A stretch of 58,079 bases of DNA, from positions 1 through 58,079 of the IMG/VR virus record IMGVR_UViG_3300048823_000073; one strand, given 5' to 3'. Below the pieces are notes generated by a model. That model had not been told where the DNA came from, did no database searches, and saw only the letters and a program-made list of their open reading frames with translations. Position numbers and translations under genes: made by a program. This stretch comes from a virus (Duplodnaviria; Caudoviricetes). Of this stretch, positions 38,226 through 48,418 are shown piece after piece; the stretch's first letter is position 1, and every line of letters starts with the position of its first letter.

Positions 38226-38645
38226 TTACAAAGTTTGTTTGCTTGCAGCCTCGGTCGCCGCTCTCCCTGCCGCGTGCTCTGCCGATGCGCGCGACGGTTG
38301 GAGGGCAGCCTGCTTCTGCCCCTCGGCTATCTCCCGCTGTGTTGCCTCTGAAAGATGGGCGTAGGGGTTGACCCCTGCTTTGGGAGGCTTGCTGGGTGGG
38401 GATGGGGCGACGGGGGGCGGAGGAGCTGCCGGAGCAGATGGCGAAGAAGGCGCAGATGGTGCAACGGGCGCGCTCGGGGCAACTGGTGCCATCGTGACCG
38501 CCGGTAGGGGCGCGATCGTCGTCGTTGGCTCTGGCGCGATCGTCGTCGTTGGCTCCGGCCCAACGAGAGCGAAAGGTGTCGGGGCCTGGGACGGCGACCG
38601 TATCTTGATCGGCGGAGCCGGTTTAATCGGGGGTGTTAGCGCCAT
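38226..38645 (-). CDS. Proline-rich hypothetical protein
   Basis: AGGAG SD; bracketed by palindromes at 38209 and 38675. Confidence 0.6.
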   Translation of the reverse strand: MALTPPIKPAPPIKIRSPSQAPTPFALVGPEPTTTIAPEPTTTIAPLPAVTMAPVAPSAPVAPSAPSSPSAPAAPPPPVAPSPPSKPPKAGVNPYAHLSEATQREIAEGQKQAALQPSRASAEHAAGRAATEAASKQTL

Positions 38646-38695
38646 CTTAAATCTCCTTCTGTCTTCTGGCTATGTTACCTTAGAAGGTAACCTGT

Positions 38696-39010
38696 CTATT
38701 TGAATGCAAGGTGAGCAAAAACTGTTAGTGCTCCCGCACCGGCCCCCATAATCACGGACACAAAAGCCGCCAATCCAGCAACAGCTTTCCAAGTGATCGT
38801 GCTGTGCTCTAAATTCTCCACCCGCTTCACAAGGCCAATATCCCCGTGCCGCTCGCTTCCTTTAAGAGTGTCTAGGATTTCCACAACCGACATTTCGATT
38901 TTCGTAACAGCCGTCAAAATCCCAAGGACACCATTCACATTCTGGTCTAACCGCAGGATGTCTTTCTGCATTTTGGCACATTCGACCTCATTCATTTGCG
39001 CCGCATCCAT
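38696..39010 (-). CDS. Coiled-coil protein with C-terminal transmembrane helix
   Basis: WKAVAGLAAFVSVIMGAGAGALTVF. Confidence 0.6.
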   Translation of the reverse strand: MDAAQMNEVECAKMQKDILRLDQNVNGVLGILTAVTKIEMSVVEILDTLKGSERHGDIGLVKRVENLEHSTITWKAVAGLAAFVSVIMGAGAGALTVFAHLAFK

Positions 39011-39130
39011 CAGTCGCCAATCCCCGGGATCAAAATAACAAAATACGTAAGCCCGATTGAACCTAGCATTACAAGAAGCCCGATCATAAACCAAACCATA
39101 TCTGCAATGGATAGGCGCTGTCGGAACATT

Positions 39131-39679
39131 CTATCCCTCCAAATATTCTACCGGATGGATGATGACGCTACCTTCTGGTTGCGCTTGAAGCATGAGCAAC
39201 GCAACCACGGGGTCGATGTCATGGTAGGCTTGTGCGAGCAATGCAGGATACCTACCGCAATGTCGGAGGGCATCGGTGATTAGGGCCGAACAGATCAAGG
39301 CGTGTTCCCGATGAAAATTCTGGAGGAACAAAAACCCAGCAAGAGCAGGCGTGTCATACGGCCAGCCGATCCTGGAAATCAAAAAACTTTCCCAGGTCGC
39401 AAGTTGCAGCGGCGTCATTTTTATATCGACGACGATTTGAATATTTGACGTGGTATCATAATCCGGCGCACACCGCGTCACGCCGGTTGGGCGCAGCGCC
39501 GCGACGATAGTTCCGTCAGGCAGCACCGCCTCAACATGGCTCACGCCGCCTCGGCTATCGAGCCGAATTGCCGCCGACACGATCGCACCAACATAGTCCG
39601 CCCATGTCCGGGTTTGGGCTCCTTGTTGAGCGACAAAGCGAACACGCGCATATCCGGGGGGAGGGGGGCCAACAAGCAC
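39131..39679 (-). CDS. Permuted papain-like (NlpC/P60, YiiX/YaeF-like) amidase or peptidase
   Basis: SHVEAV (His first), GWPYD, ICSALI (Cys last). Confidence 0.65.
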   Translation of the reverse strand: MLVGPPPPGYARVRFVAQQGAQTRTWADYVGAIVSAAIRLDSRGGVSHVEAVLPDGTIVAALRPTGVTRCAPDYDTTSNIQIVVDIKMTPLQLATWESFLISRIGWPYDTPALAGFLFLQNFHREHALICSALITDALRHCGRYPALLAQAYHDIDPVVALLMLQAQPEGSVIIHPVEYLEG

Positions 39680-39942
39680 TATCGAACTCCGCTATGCAGC
39701 CCGAGGCTCGGGGCCATGCCAATCAGGCACCCAATGACCTCGATAACGACCCCGACCAGAGCAATCGCGATAATCGCCCAGAATATGATCGAGCAAATCT
39801 TGACCAAAAACGCGATGACATCAGCGGGCCAGCCCATCCTCGGACCGATGAATGCCACGCATGTCCAAAGAATAGCCACGATCGCCCAAGCGACGATAAT
39901 CCAAATAATGATTGCCCCGACGGACGCTAATGGGAAACACAT
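39679..39942 (-). CDS. Two-TM membrane protein in the lysis module
   Basis: Two long hydrophobic segments; AGGAG SD. Confidence 0.65.
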   Translation of the reverse strand: MCFPLASVGAIIIWIIVAWAIVAILWTCVAFIGPRMGWPADVIAFLVKICSIIFWAIIAIALVGVVIEVIGCLIGMAPSLGLHSGVR

Positions 39943-39993
39943 TTTCAGAACTCCTCTGTTTTCAGATCATGAGTGAGATGATCAGTGCGAGCT

Positions 39994-40851
39994 TCATTTT
40001 ATCTTGGCGAGTTCGGCCGCAACCATTTGCTGGACCAACGGGCCAAGGGAAGTCAGAAGCTCAGATGGGATGCCTGCCGCAGTCGCAAGGGGCGTCGCGG
40101 ATGTCGCGGTAGGCGATGCGGTCGCGGTGAGTTGCGAGATCAAACCTTTGATCAGACCCGACATGATGCTTTCGACCACGGGGGCGAGGATAGTCAACAG
40201 TTGGGTAACGAGGGCTGGATCAATCGGAGGCATGGCTGGGAGTCCTGGCAAGGGGAACGGGAAGGTGGGCAGTGGCAGAGGGTGGGAGACTGGTCGAGGG
40301 GCTGGAACGGGCGCTTGAGCGGGGGCTGGCTGCGCTTGGGGCGCTGGAGCCGATTGCGGCGCGGTAGAAGGAAGAGGAAGAGGAACAGGGGCCGCCGCAA
40401 CAGGCAGCGCAGCCATAAGCCCCGGCGCAAACTCCATCGCCGCGATAATCTCTTTTTGATGGTCTGCCGGGTTCTCATATTCCGCGACGATGACCGGGAT
40501 AATCGAGGCGTAGGTTTCAGCGCTATTGATTGCCGCCCAGCTCTTGGGGTAGCTGTTCGCCATCTCGGTCAATGTGAAGCCTAACTGCGTGGTAAGCTCG
40601 CCTACCGGCAATTTGTAGACGGTCGCATAATTAGCGAGGCGCTCTTGCCTTGGACCGTTCCAGCTCGAAATTCCATAAGCTCCAGAAGGATTGAGCGCCC
40701 CGGGAGTTTCAGTCGATTGATGCCCCTGCCCTCCGGGTTTCAGTTTGCTCTCGTACCATTGCACTGAGACAATCGCGACGGCCGCGTCTTTGCTCAGGCC
40801 CCTACCTCGGTAGAACTGCGCGGCGTTGATGGCTACTTGCTCGATGCTCAT
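39994..40851 (-). CDS. Endolysin, phage tail lysozyme family, with Pro-rich linker
   Basis: GLSKDAAVAIV....ES.L.P...AYGISSWNGPR...QL.F...E...YENPA; next to the holin. Confidence 0.75.
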   Translation of the reverse strand: MSIEQVAINAAQFYRGRGLSKDAAVAIVSVQWYESKLKPGGQGHQSTETPGALNPSGAYGISSWNGPRQERLANYATVYKLPVGELTTQLGFTLTEMANSYPKSWAAINSAETYASIIPVIVAEYENPADHQKEIIAAMEFAPGLMAALPVAAAPVPLPLPSTAPQSAPAPQAQPAPAQAPVPAPRPVSHPLPLPTFPFPLPGLPAMPPIDPALVTQLLTILAPVVESIMSGLIKGLISQLTATASPTATSATPLATAAGIPSELLTSLGPLVQQMVAAELAKIK

Positions 40852-41117
40852 TGCGTAGGCCCCACAGCCGCCGCCTCAATCCCGGCTTCCTTGACTTGCG
40901 CTGGGGTCGAATGAGTTGCCGAGTCTTTCGCGAAGAAAAAGCCAATGCCAGTAGAGATGGCCGCTAGGCCACCCGCAACAGCGGGCCATTCGTTGGCGAT
41001 CGCGGCAAAGTCGCCAGTCGAAAGCGAATGAAACACCGGCCCCAATCCCGAGAAAAAAATTCCAAGGCCAGCTAAAAGCGGCGGAATGCCGAGAAGCGTT
41101 GTGCGCCAATTGATCAT
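40848..41117 (-). CDS. Putative holin
   Basis: NWRTTLLG start, two TM segments, FAKD motif; overlaps the endolysin start. Confidence 0.7.
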   Translation of the reverse strand: MINWRTTLLGIPPLLAGLGIFFSGLGPVFHSLSTGDFAAIANEWPAVAGGLAAISTGIGFFFAKDSATHSTPAQVKEAGIEAAAVGPTQ

Positions 41118-41156
41118 ATGGGCCTCTTTATGTTACCGCCAAAGGTAACTGCTAGG

Positions 41157-41185
41157 TGTATAAGCCAATATAGAAGAGATTGCAA
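41157..41185 (-). promoter_or_regulatory. Putative lysis-cassette promoter
   Basis: TTGCAA-N17-TATACA on the - strand; palindrome 41133-41148 just after the inferred +1. Confidence 0.55.
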
Positions 41186-41193
41186 GTATCTCT

Positions 41194-41871
41194 TTAGTAT
41201 TTCTGGCTCCGGGATCGCCCACTAGGGGAGGGGAACCGCCAAGACTGGCCCCCAACGGCGTTCCCATGCGCCATCTCATTACGACACAAATTCAAGCCCG
41301 TGTTGTACCGCTTCGCATGGTACGCCGCGAGAGCGCTATTCGAGTATGGTTTGGACGGCATGCCCATCATGCGCGACAGCGTACCGTCGAGCAGAGGCAT
41401 GTAATATTTGTCCACGATCCAATCGGGGATGACTGGGATGCCATAGGCGTCGGTCGGGTCTGCGATGGTCAGTGCGACATGCGCGTACCAAGTCGGATTG
41501 TTCGACGGCGCGGATATGATCCTCACCAGCGCCATGTTTGTGCCGGGGGCGCCGGGCAACACGCCGCCAGTCTGCATGTATGCGGGCAGATATGCTTGTT
41601 GGGGAGGCCCCGATAGGGGCATGGGGTTGGTGGCGGATCGGGCTCCCTCAACCCAGATAAGCCGGTTGATGTAGCCTTGCTCGGTGGGCGAGATCAAATA
41701 GTCGTAGACGTTCGTGAGGGGCAAGAAGCTGATCTCTTCCTGCCATACATTCGTGCGTTGCGTGAACTCACGGAGCAGATTGAATAGCTCCTGCTGGATC
41801 ATGCCATCGAGAGAGCCGGGGCACTTGATCCTAGTGCTGTCAATGAGGCGTTGGAAGGGTGCATCACTCAT
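41194..41871 (-). CDS. Head-tail adaptor / tail tubular protein A-like
   Basis: Position after capsid; REF..RT.VW, GTLSRMM.MP.KPYS...A pattern. Confidence 0.65.
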   Translation of the reverse strand: MSDAPFQRLIDSTRIKCPGSLDGMIQQELFNLLREFTQRTNVWQEEISFLPLTNVYDYLISPTEQGYINRLIWVEGARSATNPMPLSGPPQQAYLPAYMQTGGVLPGAPGTNMALVRIISAPSNNPTWYAHVALTIADPTDAYGIPVIPDWIVDKYYMPLLDGTLSRMMGMPSKPYSNSALAAYHAKRYNTGLNLCRNEMAHGNAVGGQSWRFPSPSGRSRSQKY

Positions 41872-42269
41872 CAGCTCGCCACCTGCAACATAATGCTCGT
41901 AAATTTATTGATGAACTCCGACGCGCGCTCGTCTTGCACGGTTTCGGAGTCGCGGAGCTGGACGTTGCCCGTTATATAATAGACCACCGCCATCTGATAT
42001 TGCGGCGCAAGCGCCACTGCCGCTGTTTCCACACCTGCCGAAAAAGAGGGGGGCACGATGCGAGCGATCGACCCTGGATTGCGGGCCACTACCCCCGTAT
42101 AAGTGGCATCAAGGAGAATATCCGGCCGTAGCCGGTTGATTTCAAGGAACGCCAGATTGAGGGACGTAACAATATCGGCGTCGGCGTACCGGTATGGCGG
42201 CCCAACTAAGTCCTGTAGCAGCGTTCGCGTTTCCGCGATGTAGTCTGCAACAGTGTTGAACTGCGCCAT
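41871..42269 (-). CDS. Head completion/adaptor protein
   Basis: R.LLQD.....RY....I...LN.A..EI.RLRPD pattern; directly after capsid. Confidence 0.6.
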   Translation of the reverse strand: MAQFNTVADYIAETRTLLQDLVGPPYRYADADIVTSLNLAFLEINRLRPDILLDATYTGVVARNPGSIARIVPPSFSAGVETAAVALAPQYQMAVVYYITGNVQLRDSETVQDERASEFINKFTSIMLQVAS

Positions 42270-42314
42270 ACCGGCTCTCCGTCAAGGGCTAAGGGTTACC
42301 CTAGAAGGTAACTA

Positions 42315-43310
42315 TCACGCGCCGCCTTGGTTGATGATCGCCTGCGCCAGCGCTTTGCCGTCGAGGGTTTGATATCCGTACACCTGCAAGCCACGGAAGA
42401 CCGTACCGAAGGTGCGCTCGGAGCGGATGGTTTCAACCTTCGTCATCTGACTGGCGAAAGTGAGAGCATGCGGATGGCCCGCATACACCGCGAACTGACC
42501 AGCCGCCAAACCGCCAGCAACGCCGGTGGGGAGCAGATTGCTCACATAGATCGTGAAGCGATCCACCATCCCGAGGCGGCCATTGCGCATCATCGTGATC
42601 TGATCGCCGGACAAATACACCTGGCGCAGCTCGGACCGTTTGATCTGGGTTGCGGCCCAAGTGGGCATGACGACCCAGCGGCCCGACTCTGGGATATTCT
42701 GCTCGTCGAGCGCCTGGCCCAACCGCAGGAGCACGTCGAGAATTTCGACCTGACCAGCGCCGGGGTTGCGGCCGACAGTCGAAATGGGTGCGCCGGTGGT
42801 GCCGAGGTTAATGTTGCCGCTGATCGCACCGGCAGCAAGCCCCTGGTTCGACGCGAGCGCCGTTCCAAGAATGCCGGAGAGCACGTCAACATCGACCTGA
42901 ATTTTCATCTGCTCGGAAGCATCATCCGCCCAGATCGACAACAGGTTGAGGTCGCTCTGGATTTCCATGATGTCATCAACGATGGTGGCGAAATATTTGC
43001 CCTTGTTGATGTAGAGTTCGATGTTGCCACCGGCGGGACGATCGAGCGACAAATCGCCATCGGCCATATAGTTGTTGATGATGATCGTCGGTTTGGTGCG
43101 GATTTTGATCCGGTCACCATAAGCTCTGATCTCGCCTTCATAGTCGGTGTTCGAGATCGCTGTGAGAACAGTCGCCGCGTAGAACTTCTCGATCAATTTT
43201 CCCGACCAGATTTCCGGGATAAAACCAATCGAGGAGTAGTCGGTAGCGGGGCTACCAACAGGGTAAAGGGGTGGAGTCGTAACACCAGAAGCAATTGGAA
43301 AAACAGCCAT
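42315..43310 (-). CDS. Major capsid protein
   Basis: 331 aa; FIPEIWSGKL, NTDYEGEI...GD, P..GRWVV, RGLQVYG. Confidence 0.9.
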   Translation of the reverse strand: MAVFPIASGVTTPPLYPVGSPATDYSSIGFIPEIWSGKLIEKFYAATVLTAISNTDYEGEIRAYGDRIKIRTKPTIIINNYMADGDLSLDRPAGGNIELYINKGKYFATIVDDIMEIQSDLNLLSIWADDASEQMKIQVDVDVLSGILGTALASNQGLAAGAISGNINLGTTGAPISTVGRNPGAGQVEILDVLLRLGQALDEQNIPESGRWVVMPTWAATQIKRSELRQVYLSGDQITMMRNGRLGMVDRFTIYVSNLLPTGVAGGLAAGQFAVYAGHPHALTFASQMTKVETIRSERTFGTVFRGLQVYGYQTLDGKALAQAIINQGGA

Positions 43311-43335
43311 CGGAGGGCCTCATGTGAGAAGAGCG

Positions 43336-44379
43336 TTATCGGATGCGCCCCTCGCCCTGCGCCGTGAAAATTTCAGTTTCACGTTGCTTCTTCAAAGCCG
43401 GGTCATCGCGGTACTTGCCCGCAGTAACATCGGCGTAGAATTGCGAGACTTGGGCACGGGTGATTGTCGGCTTCTCGACGGGGGTGCCACTGCTGGCCGC
43501 TGCCGCTGTCTTAGCTCGGCCCGGCGCCGCAAACTGTTCGAGCCCTGGGCGCTTGCTATCCTGCGTAGGTGGATTACCTGCGGAGGTAACTTCTGTCGCC
43601 TGGCCCGCTGTTGCGGGGGTCGGTGCCGCCTCGTTAGAAACGAAGCCTTTGAAGAATGCGGCCACACGGTTTGCATCGTGGCGTTCGTAGGCGGCATTCA
43701 GTAGATTTCTTCTTATAGCACCCGAAAAAGTATCTGGCAAGTCCAGCCACGAATTAAATTCGGGATCGTTATTCAGTTCTTTCCACTGCGGTACATTCGC
43801 ATCAAGTACAACGTACATTTTTGTTCTGGCGTCATGCGTCACAGTACCGGCTACACCCTGCAACTGGCGCGTGAGACCTTCAATCTGAGCTTTGAGAGAA
43901 GATATTTCCGTAACAAATTCTTCCTTCGCGCGCTTCCCAACCACATCGAGAAACTCTTTCCCGAAGTCATTTTCTTCCTCGGGGGACACGAAGCGCTGGG
44001 GAGCGTTGGTCTGCTGTTGGGGGGCGTGAGGGGCGGACTCCATCTCAGCGATCAACCGATGCAGATTACTTATTTCGGTGGATAACTGCTGCTGCTGGGC
44101 GGCGGATTGATCGTAGCGCCCCTTCATCGAATTGTATTTATGCTCCCAACCGTCACCCGCCGGATCAACGGGCCTCGGGGTTATCGGAGCCTCTTTAGCG
44201 GCAGGGGCCGGAGTTACCGGGGGGGCTGCTGGGTCTTTGGGCGGGTCTTTGGGTGAAGTCTCGCCGGGAGCAAACGTCGCTTTGTGTAGCTCGGTGGCTC
44301 TGGCAGCTTGGGCGCGGACGGCTGCGGGGACGCTGACACTCGGGTCAATACGATCGGCAGGCGGGGTCAAATCGGGCAT
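43336..44379 (-). CDS. Capsid scaffolding protein
   Basis: Directly upstream of the capsid gene; WEHKYNSMKGRY coiled coil; ends AQGEGRIR. Confidence 0.75.
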   Translation of the reverse strand: MPDLTPPADRIDPSVSVPAAVRAQAARATELHKATFAPGETSPKDPPKDPAAPPVTPAPAAKEAPITPRPVDPAGDGWEHKYNSMKGRYDQSAAQQQQLSTEISNLHRLIAEMESAPHAPQQQTNAPQRFVSPEEENDFGKEFLDVVGKRAKEEFVTEISSLKAQIEGLTRQLQGVAGTVTHDARTKMYVVLDANVPQWKELNNDPEFNSWLDLPDTFSGAIRRNLLNAAYERHDANRVAAFFKGFVSNEAAPTPATAGQATEVTSAGNPPTQDSKRPGLEQFAAPGRAKTAAAASSGTPVEKPTITRAQVSQFYADVTAGKYRDDPALKKQRETEIFTAQGEGRIR

Positions 44380-44412
44380 TGGGCTTCTCCTGGCTGGCCG
44401 GTACTGGTGCGC

Positions 44413-44679
44413 TTATCGGGCACGAGTCGGACTAGGTTGTTTGGCTTGCCGCTCTGCACGAGCGGGAAGAGATTTGAATTGGTTGTAAAGTTGAACCAGA
44501 GATTGCGCTCGCCCATGAGTGATAAGGGCCATCTCTGGTTCGGATTGAACGGCGGCTACGCATGAGGCGGAGACGTGAGCCCAGAATGCCGCCATGAACT
44601 CCTGCCACGCGATAGGACTCGCATGGGAGAGATCATGAGCGGTATCGAGGAACTTCTCCAACTCATTCACCGAACTCAA
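44413..44679 (-). CDS. Hypothetical head-module protein
   Basis: Small helical ORF before the scaffold gene. Confidence 0.55.
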   Translation of the reverse strand: MSSVNELEKFLDTAHDLSHASPIAWQEFMAAFWAHVSASCVAAVQSEPEMALITHGRAQSLVQLYNQFKSLPARAERQAKQPSPTRAR

Positions 44680-45242
44680 GCCACTGGTGCTGGCGAAACA
44701 GCGACCGGGACTGGCGAAACAGCGACCGGGGTCGGAGTTGGCGTCGGTTCAACCGGCGGAACCGGCGAAACGGGGGTAGGCGTCGGTGCTGGGGTCGGTG
44801 CTGGGGTCGGTGCTGGGGTCGGTGCTGGGGTCGGTGCTGGGGTCGGAGTCGGCTCCAGTACGATGCTCGGGGGAAGAGGCGGTGGTGTGAACAGTGGCGG
44901 CACTGGAGCCGGGGTTGGTGTTACCGGAGCTGGTGTGCTGGATGGGGCCGGGGGCGTAGCAGACTGCGACGAATTATAGAGCGCCACTAGGTCTGGCGCA
45001 GTCGGCAAAGGGGTAGGTGCCGCAGGCGTGCTCCCCGCTTTCGAGGCGGTCGAGGCCCGCTCCGCAGCGACGAATGTTTTGATCTGGTCGATCGACCAAG
45101 TGTTGCCCGCTCCGCTTGTTGCGCCGTCGTCGATAATCGAATGCAACTCTTCACTCAGCAGATGCACTTCCGACTTATTCGCAGCCATATCCGTGCCGAT
45201 GGCAGTAACGAACGCCTCCAAGCGTTCTACAAAGTCCGTCAT
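44676..45242 (-). CDS. Protein with Pro/Thr-rich tail (PTPA repeats)
   Basis: AGGAG SD; 12-bp tandem repeats at ~44782-44847. Confidence 0.65.
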   Translation of the reverse strand: MTDFVERLEAFVTAIGTDMAANKSEVHLLSEELHSIIDDGATSGAGNTWSIDQIKTFVAAERASTASKAGSTPAAPTPLPTAPDLVALYNSSQSATPPAPSSTPAPVTPTPAPVPPLFTPPPLPPSIVLEPTPTPAPTPAPTPAPTPAPTPAPTPTPVSPVPPVEPTPTPTPVAVSPVPVAVSPAPVA

Positions 45243-45346
45243 AATATTCTCCTAGCTAGGGGTGGTTACCTTGGAAAGTAACTTTTACAAAGGCTCTATA
45301 GCACCACTACTGCCGACGCGCAAGAATTACTTGCGAGAGTAACCGA

Positions 45347-46471
45347 CTATGCAACGACCAAATTTATAAGTGCGGCATCAGCGCCCTTCCCATTTGCGGC
45401 AGCTATGACGAACTGGTACGTGCCCGCTGTAGCAGGTGTGCCGGTGATGGCCCCGGTGGCGGTATTAATCGAAAGCCCCGATAGTCCCACCGGAAACTGC
45501 GCCGAATAACTCGTTGGAGATTGGGTGGCGGTGATCTGATAATTATAGGCGACGCCATGAGTGGCCCCGGGCGCATTGTAAGCGTTCGTGATCACTGGCC
45601 GCTGCGCATCATTTGGCGAGCCAAGATACCAGCCAATATCCGCGATCGCTAAGTTATTCCCGGCGAACCCCTGCTGCCAATAGGCCACAAGGCATTGGTC
45701 GGTCTGGTGTAATTGGGAGCCAGGACCGGCCATGCTGGCGAGATTGACGCCGTTAACGCCCTGCGGGCGAACGAAATAGCCGATGAGGTTATTGTTGTGG
45801 TCAAGGACTTCCATCAAATTGAAGGCGGGGTCTGTGGTCCCATTACCCGCCAAATATGAGGTATTGGCGATGGTGTACCAACCATTCGCCGTGACTGCCG
45901 CAAATGGCGTAACGTAGGAATTTAGCCAATAATTCATGGCGCCCGCATCGCCACCATACGAAAACCCAATATTCACCGTACCGGCTATCGTGACATAGAA
46001 ATCTATGCACGCCTCTAATGAGTAATTCGCGCCGGTGTCCGGGCTCATGTCCAGTTCAAAAGCGATATAAGTTGGGGCAATGGGGGGTGCCCAAGCGCCC
46101 GTTCCTGTCGCCTGTATCCACATCGTTATCGACTGAGTGAACCGGCCTGGGTATGGGTATTGTGTAGTGACGAAATCCCCGGAGGCCGTGTTCCCATAGT
46201 TCATCCCGAACATTAGGTCATAGGCGCTCCCGTCCGGGCCAGTTACAACGGCGAAATTGTTACCCCCCAGAGGAGGCGCGGGGAGAACTCCGACCGGGCT
46301 TGCAGCCCCAACCGCATATTGTGCAATCGTAGCTGGCGGAGCTGTATATTGGAATACCTGACCCGGCCCGAGGTTTGTGCCCGTAGCGAAATTCTGCAAC
46401 CATTGCCAGTTAAGGGGAGGCGCCGCCGTCCCCGCCAATAACGCACGCTTTCGGGCCGTCAACGAAGTCAT
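45347..46471 (-). CDS. Putative virion decoration protein with C-terminal Ig-like (He_PIG-type) domain
   Basis: YNYQITAT..PTSYSA..P.GLSINTATGAITGTP..AGTY. Confidence 0.7.
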   Translation of the reverse strand: MTSLTARKRALLAGTAAPPLNWQWLQNFATGTNLGPGQVFQYTAPPATIAQYAVGAASPVGVLPAPPLGGNNFAVVTGPDGSAYDLMFGMNYGNTASGDFVTTQYPYPGRFTQSITMWIQATGTGAWAPPIAPTYIAFELDMSPDTGANYSLEACIDFYVTIAGTVNIGFSYGGDAGAMNYWLNSYVTPFAAVTANGWYTIANTSYLAGNGTTDPAFNLMEVLDHNNNLIGYFVRPQGVNGVNLASMAGPGSQLHQTDQCLVAYWQQGFAGNNLAIADIGWYLGSPNDAQRPVITNAYNAPGATHGVAYNYQITATQSPTSYSAQFPVGLSGLSINTATGAITGTPATAGTYQFVIAAANGKGADAALINLVVA

Positions 46472-46488
46472 TGAAATTACACTCCACT

Positions 46489-47076
46489 CTAAACTAATGT
46501 CGCAGCTTCCAAGGCAACATTCGTGCCCCCGTTATTCAACCAAGAAATTGTAAGGGTTTGCCCGGCACTCGCCGCGTTATAGGTGATTGTGTATTCTCCT
46601 TGGGAACTTCCAGATAAAGAAGTGTCCACATACGGTGCGGCGCTCCCGTCGCTCAATGTCGCGGTCAGCATCCCGTTGCAGTTGTAGGTAGAGACATAAA
46701 TGGTTAGTGTGCGAGGCGTTGTACCGGCCGGAACAGTAAAGGATAGCCCCGTGCCGGTTCCGGCTTGTACATAAATGCCGTTCGCCTCTGCTGTGGCGGC
46801 GCTGTTGGGCGCCCCGTTAGTCCACGTAAAGGTGACTGGATTTCCGCCGTAATATGAAAGACCCGCCCCGACTCCGATGGCGTTACTGATTTTACCCCCG
46901 CCTGTCGAGCTGTCAGTGAACCCGGGCGCGACGCCGCCGAACCCCCACGACGCCCAATCTGTGATACCCAACGCAGTTAAATTGTAGTTCCCAGCAGGGG
47001 TTGCAAAGGCCCCGGAAAGTGCGCCCGCGATTGGGTTATTCGAGAGGCGCGATAAATATGCCCGCCTTCGAGCCAT
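46489..47076 (-). CDS. Beta-rich hypothetical protein, possibly carbohydrate-binding
   Basis: Gly/Thr/Ser-rich beta-sandwich-like sequence. Confidence 0.55.
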   Translation of the reverse strand: MARRRAYLSRLSNNPIAGALSGAFATPAGNYNLTALGITDWASWGFGGVAPGFTDSSTGGGKISNAIGVGAGLSYYGGNPVTFTWTNGAPNSAATAEANGIYVQAGTGTGLSFTVPAGTTPRTLTIYVSTYNCNGMLTATLSDGSAAPYVDTSLSGSSQGEYTITYNAASAGQTLTISWLNNGGTNVALEAATLV

Positions 47077-47090
47077 TACGGATGGCACTA

Positions 47091-47480
47091 CTAGGGCACC
47101 CCGATAAGCGTTAATGTAACGGCCGAACCTTGGGCCACGGGAATCCCGACAGTGCCAGAGCGCACCTTGAGATAGCTGATCCCGAGCCATTGCACGGGGC
47201 TACTCAAGACGACCACCTGCGAAGCCGCAACGATGGATGTAACTTCCGTACCAGCGTCAGTGTACAACTCAAAATAGTTGACCCCATCGACCGAGGCTTG
47301 GTAGCTCAATCCTGCCGCAGTCCATCCAGCAGGCACCAGAATGCCAAAAAGTCTGGTAGTCCCGAGAGCAACGGGGCCAGAGAGCGACTGGCCGCTGGCA
47401 ATCGCAGCAGAGAATAATTGAGCCGGTCCCCCGCTTGCGAATACCTCCGCAATCTCTCTACCGTCTGTTGTTAGTCCCAT
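47091..47480 (-). CDS. Hypothetical structural protein
   Basis: IASGQSLS...PAGWTAA.LSYQAS.DG pattern. Confidence 0.6.
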   Translation of the reverse strand: MGLTTDGREIAEVFASGGPAQLFSAAIASGQSLSGPVALGTTRLFGILVPAGWTAAGLSYQASVDGVNYFELYTDAGTEVTSIVAASQVVVLSSPVQWLGISYLKVRSGTVGIPVAQGSAVTLTLIGVP

Positions 47481-47481
47481 C

Positions 47482-47667
47482 TTATTTCCCTTTGCGCGTG
47501 GCGCCCTTGTGGAAATTCGGACCGCCGGGGGCAGCGCCCTTTTTGCGCGCTATCGCCCCGATAACCCCGCCGGGCACGCCTTGTGCCTTGAGTTGGGCAG
47601 CTCTGCCGCCCTCCCCGAGTTTGTTGCTCTTGCCGTGGAAAGAGCCAGACTTCTTAGTGCTCGCCAT
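47482..47667 (-). CDS. Small Lys/Gly-rich basic protein
   Basis: 61-aa ORF starting immediately after the palindrome at 47671. Confidence 0.6.
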   Translation of the reverse strand: MASTKKSGSFHGKSNKLGEGGRAAQLKAQGVPGGVIGAIARKKGAAPGGPNFHKGATRKGK

Positions 47668-47689
47668 AACTTACCTACGAAAGTAACTG

Positions 47690-48121
47690 TTAGCTGGCGG
47701 TCTTGAGCACCGCGTAGAGTGTCACCGCAGGCGCCAGAACGTTCGTAACGATGCCCTTGAACATCTGGCTCGTGCCAGTCGCCAAGGTGAGCGTACCAGT
47801 AACGGTGACACCGTTCGTAGGGCCAGCGGTAAACGTGGCTGCGCCCGAATTTAGGTTCTGGACAATCAAGTCGAAAGACGACCCAACTTGTGCATTCGGG
47901 ATCGCCGCGATGATATTCGCCGCCGTGTCAAGCGTCGGTGCCGCAGTGGTGCCCCCTGAGAAGGTGACGATGCCATTAATCAGCGCAGCAGCGAGGAGCG
48001 CTGGGGTAAGGCCAGAACCAGCAGGGGTAAGAGCGAACGAGTTCGCGAGCACGGCTTCGCTGGCGAGAAGCATTTCTGCGGCAGTTTCGGAACCGGGGGG
48101 AGACGCAAATTGTGAAGGCAT
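47690..48121 (-). CDS. Putative capsid decoration/structural protein
   Basis: TLDTAANIIAAIPNAQVGSSFDLIVQN pattern; Ala/Thr-rich. Confidence 0.55.
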   Translation of the reverse strand: MPSQFASPPGSETAAEMLLASEAVLANSFALTPAGSGLTPALLAAALINGIVTFSGGTTAAPTLDTAANIIAAIPNAQVGSSFDLIVQNLNSGAATFTAGPTNGVTVTGTLTLATGTSQMFKGIVTNVLAPAVTLYAVLKTAS

Positions 48122-48159
48122 GATGTGTTTCTTTCTCTAGCTTGAAGTTTGGGAACTCG

Positions 48160-48384
48160 TTAAATATTCCCGGTTCGGACGCCCCCAAGGGACCATGAAG
48201 TGGACACGTCAGGGAACAAGTCTTTCCCCGCCGTATCATGCTCCGCATGAGCCTTCTTCGAGTAGTCACGCGAGACCCGGCGCTGGATTTCCCCGCCGCC
48301 GGTAATCGTTGTCATTGCGCTCATGCAGGGCAAGTCTTCGATCTTGTGACCTTTGCCGCCTGCGCCTTGTCGGTCGATCTTCAT
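48160..48384 (-). CDS. Hypothetical protein
   Basis: GGAG SD after the palindrome at 48400. Confidence 0.5.
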   Translation of the reverse strand: MKIDRQGAGGKGHKIEDLPCMSAMTTITGGGEIQRRVSRDYSKKAHAEHDTAGKDLFPDVSTSWSLGGVRTGNI

Positions 48385-48418
48385 TTTACTCTCCCATACT
48401 TACCTATGGAGGTAAGTC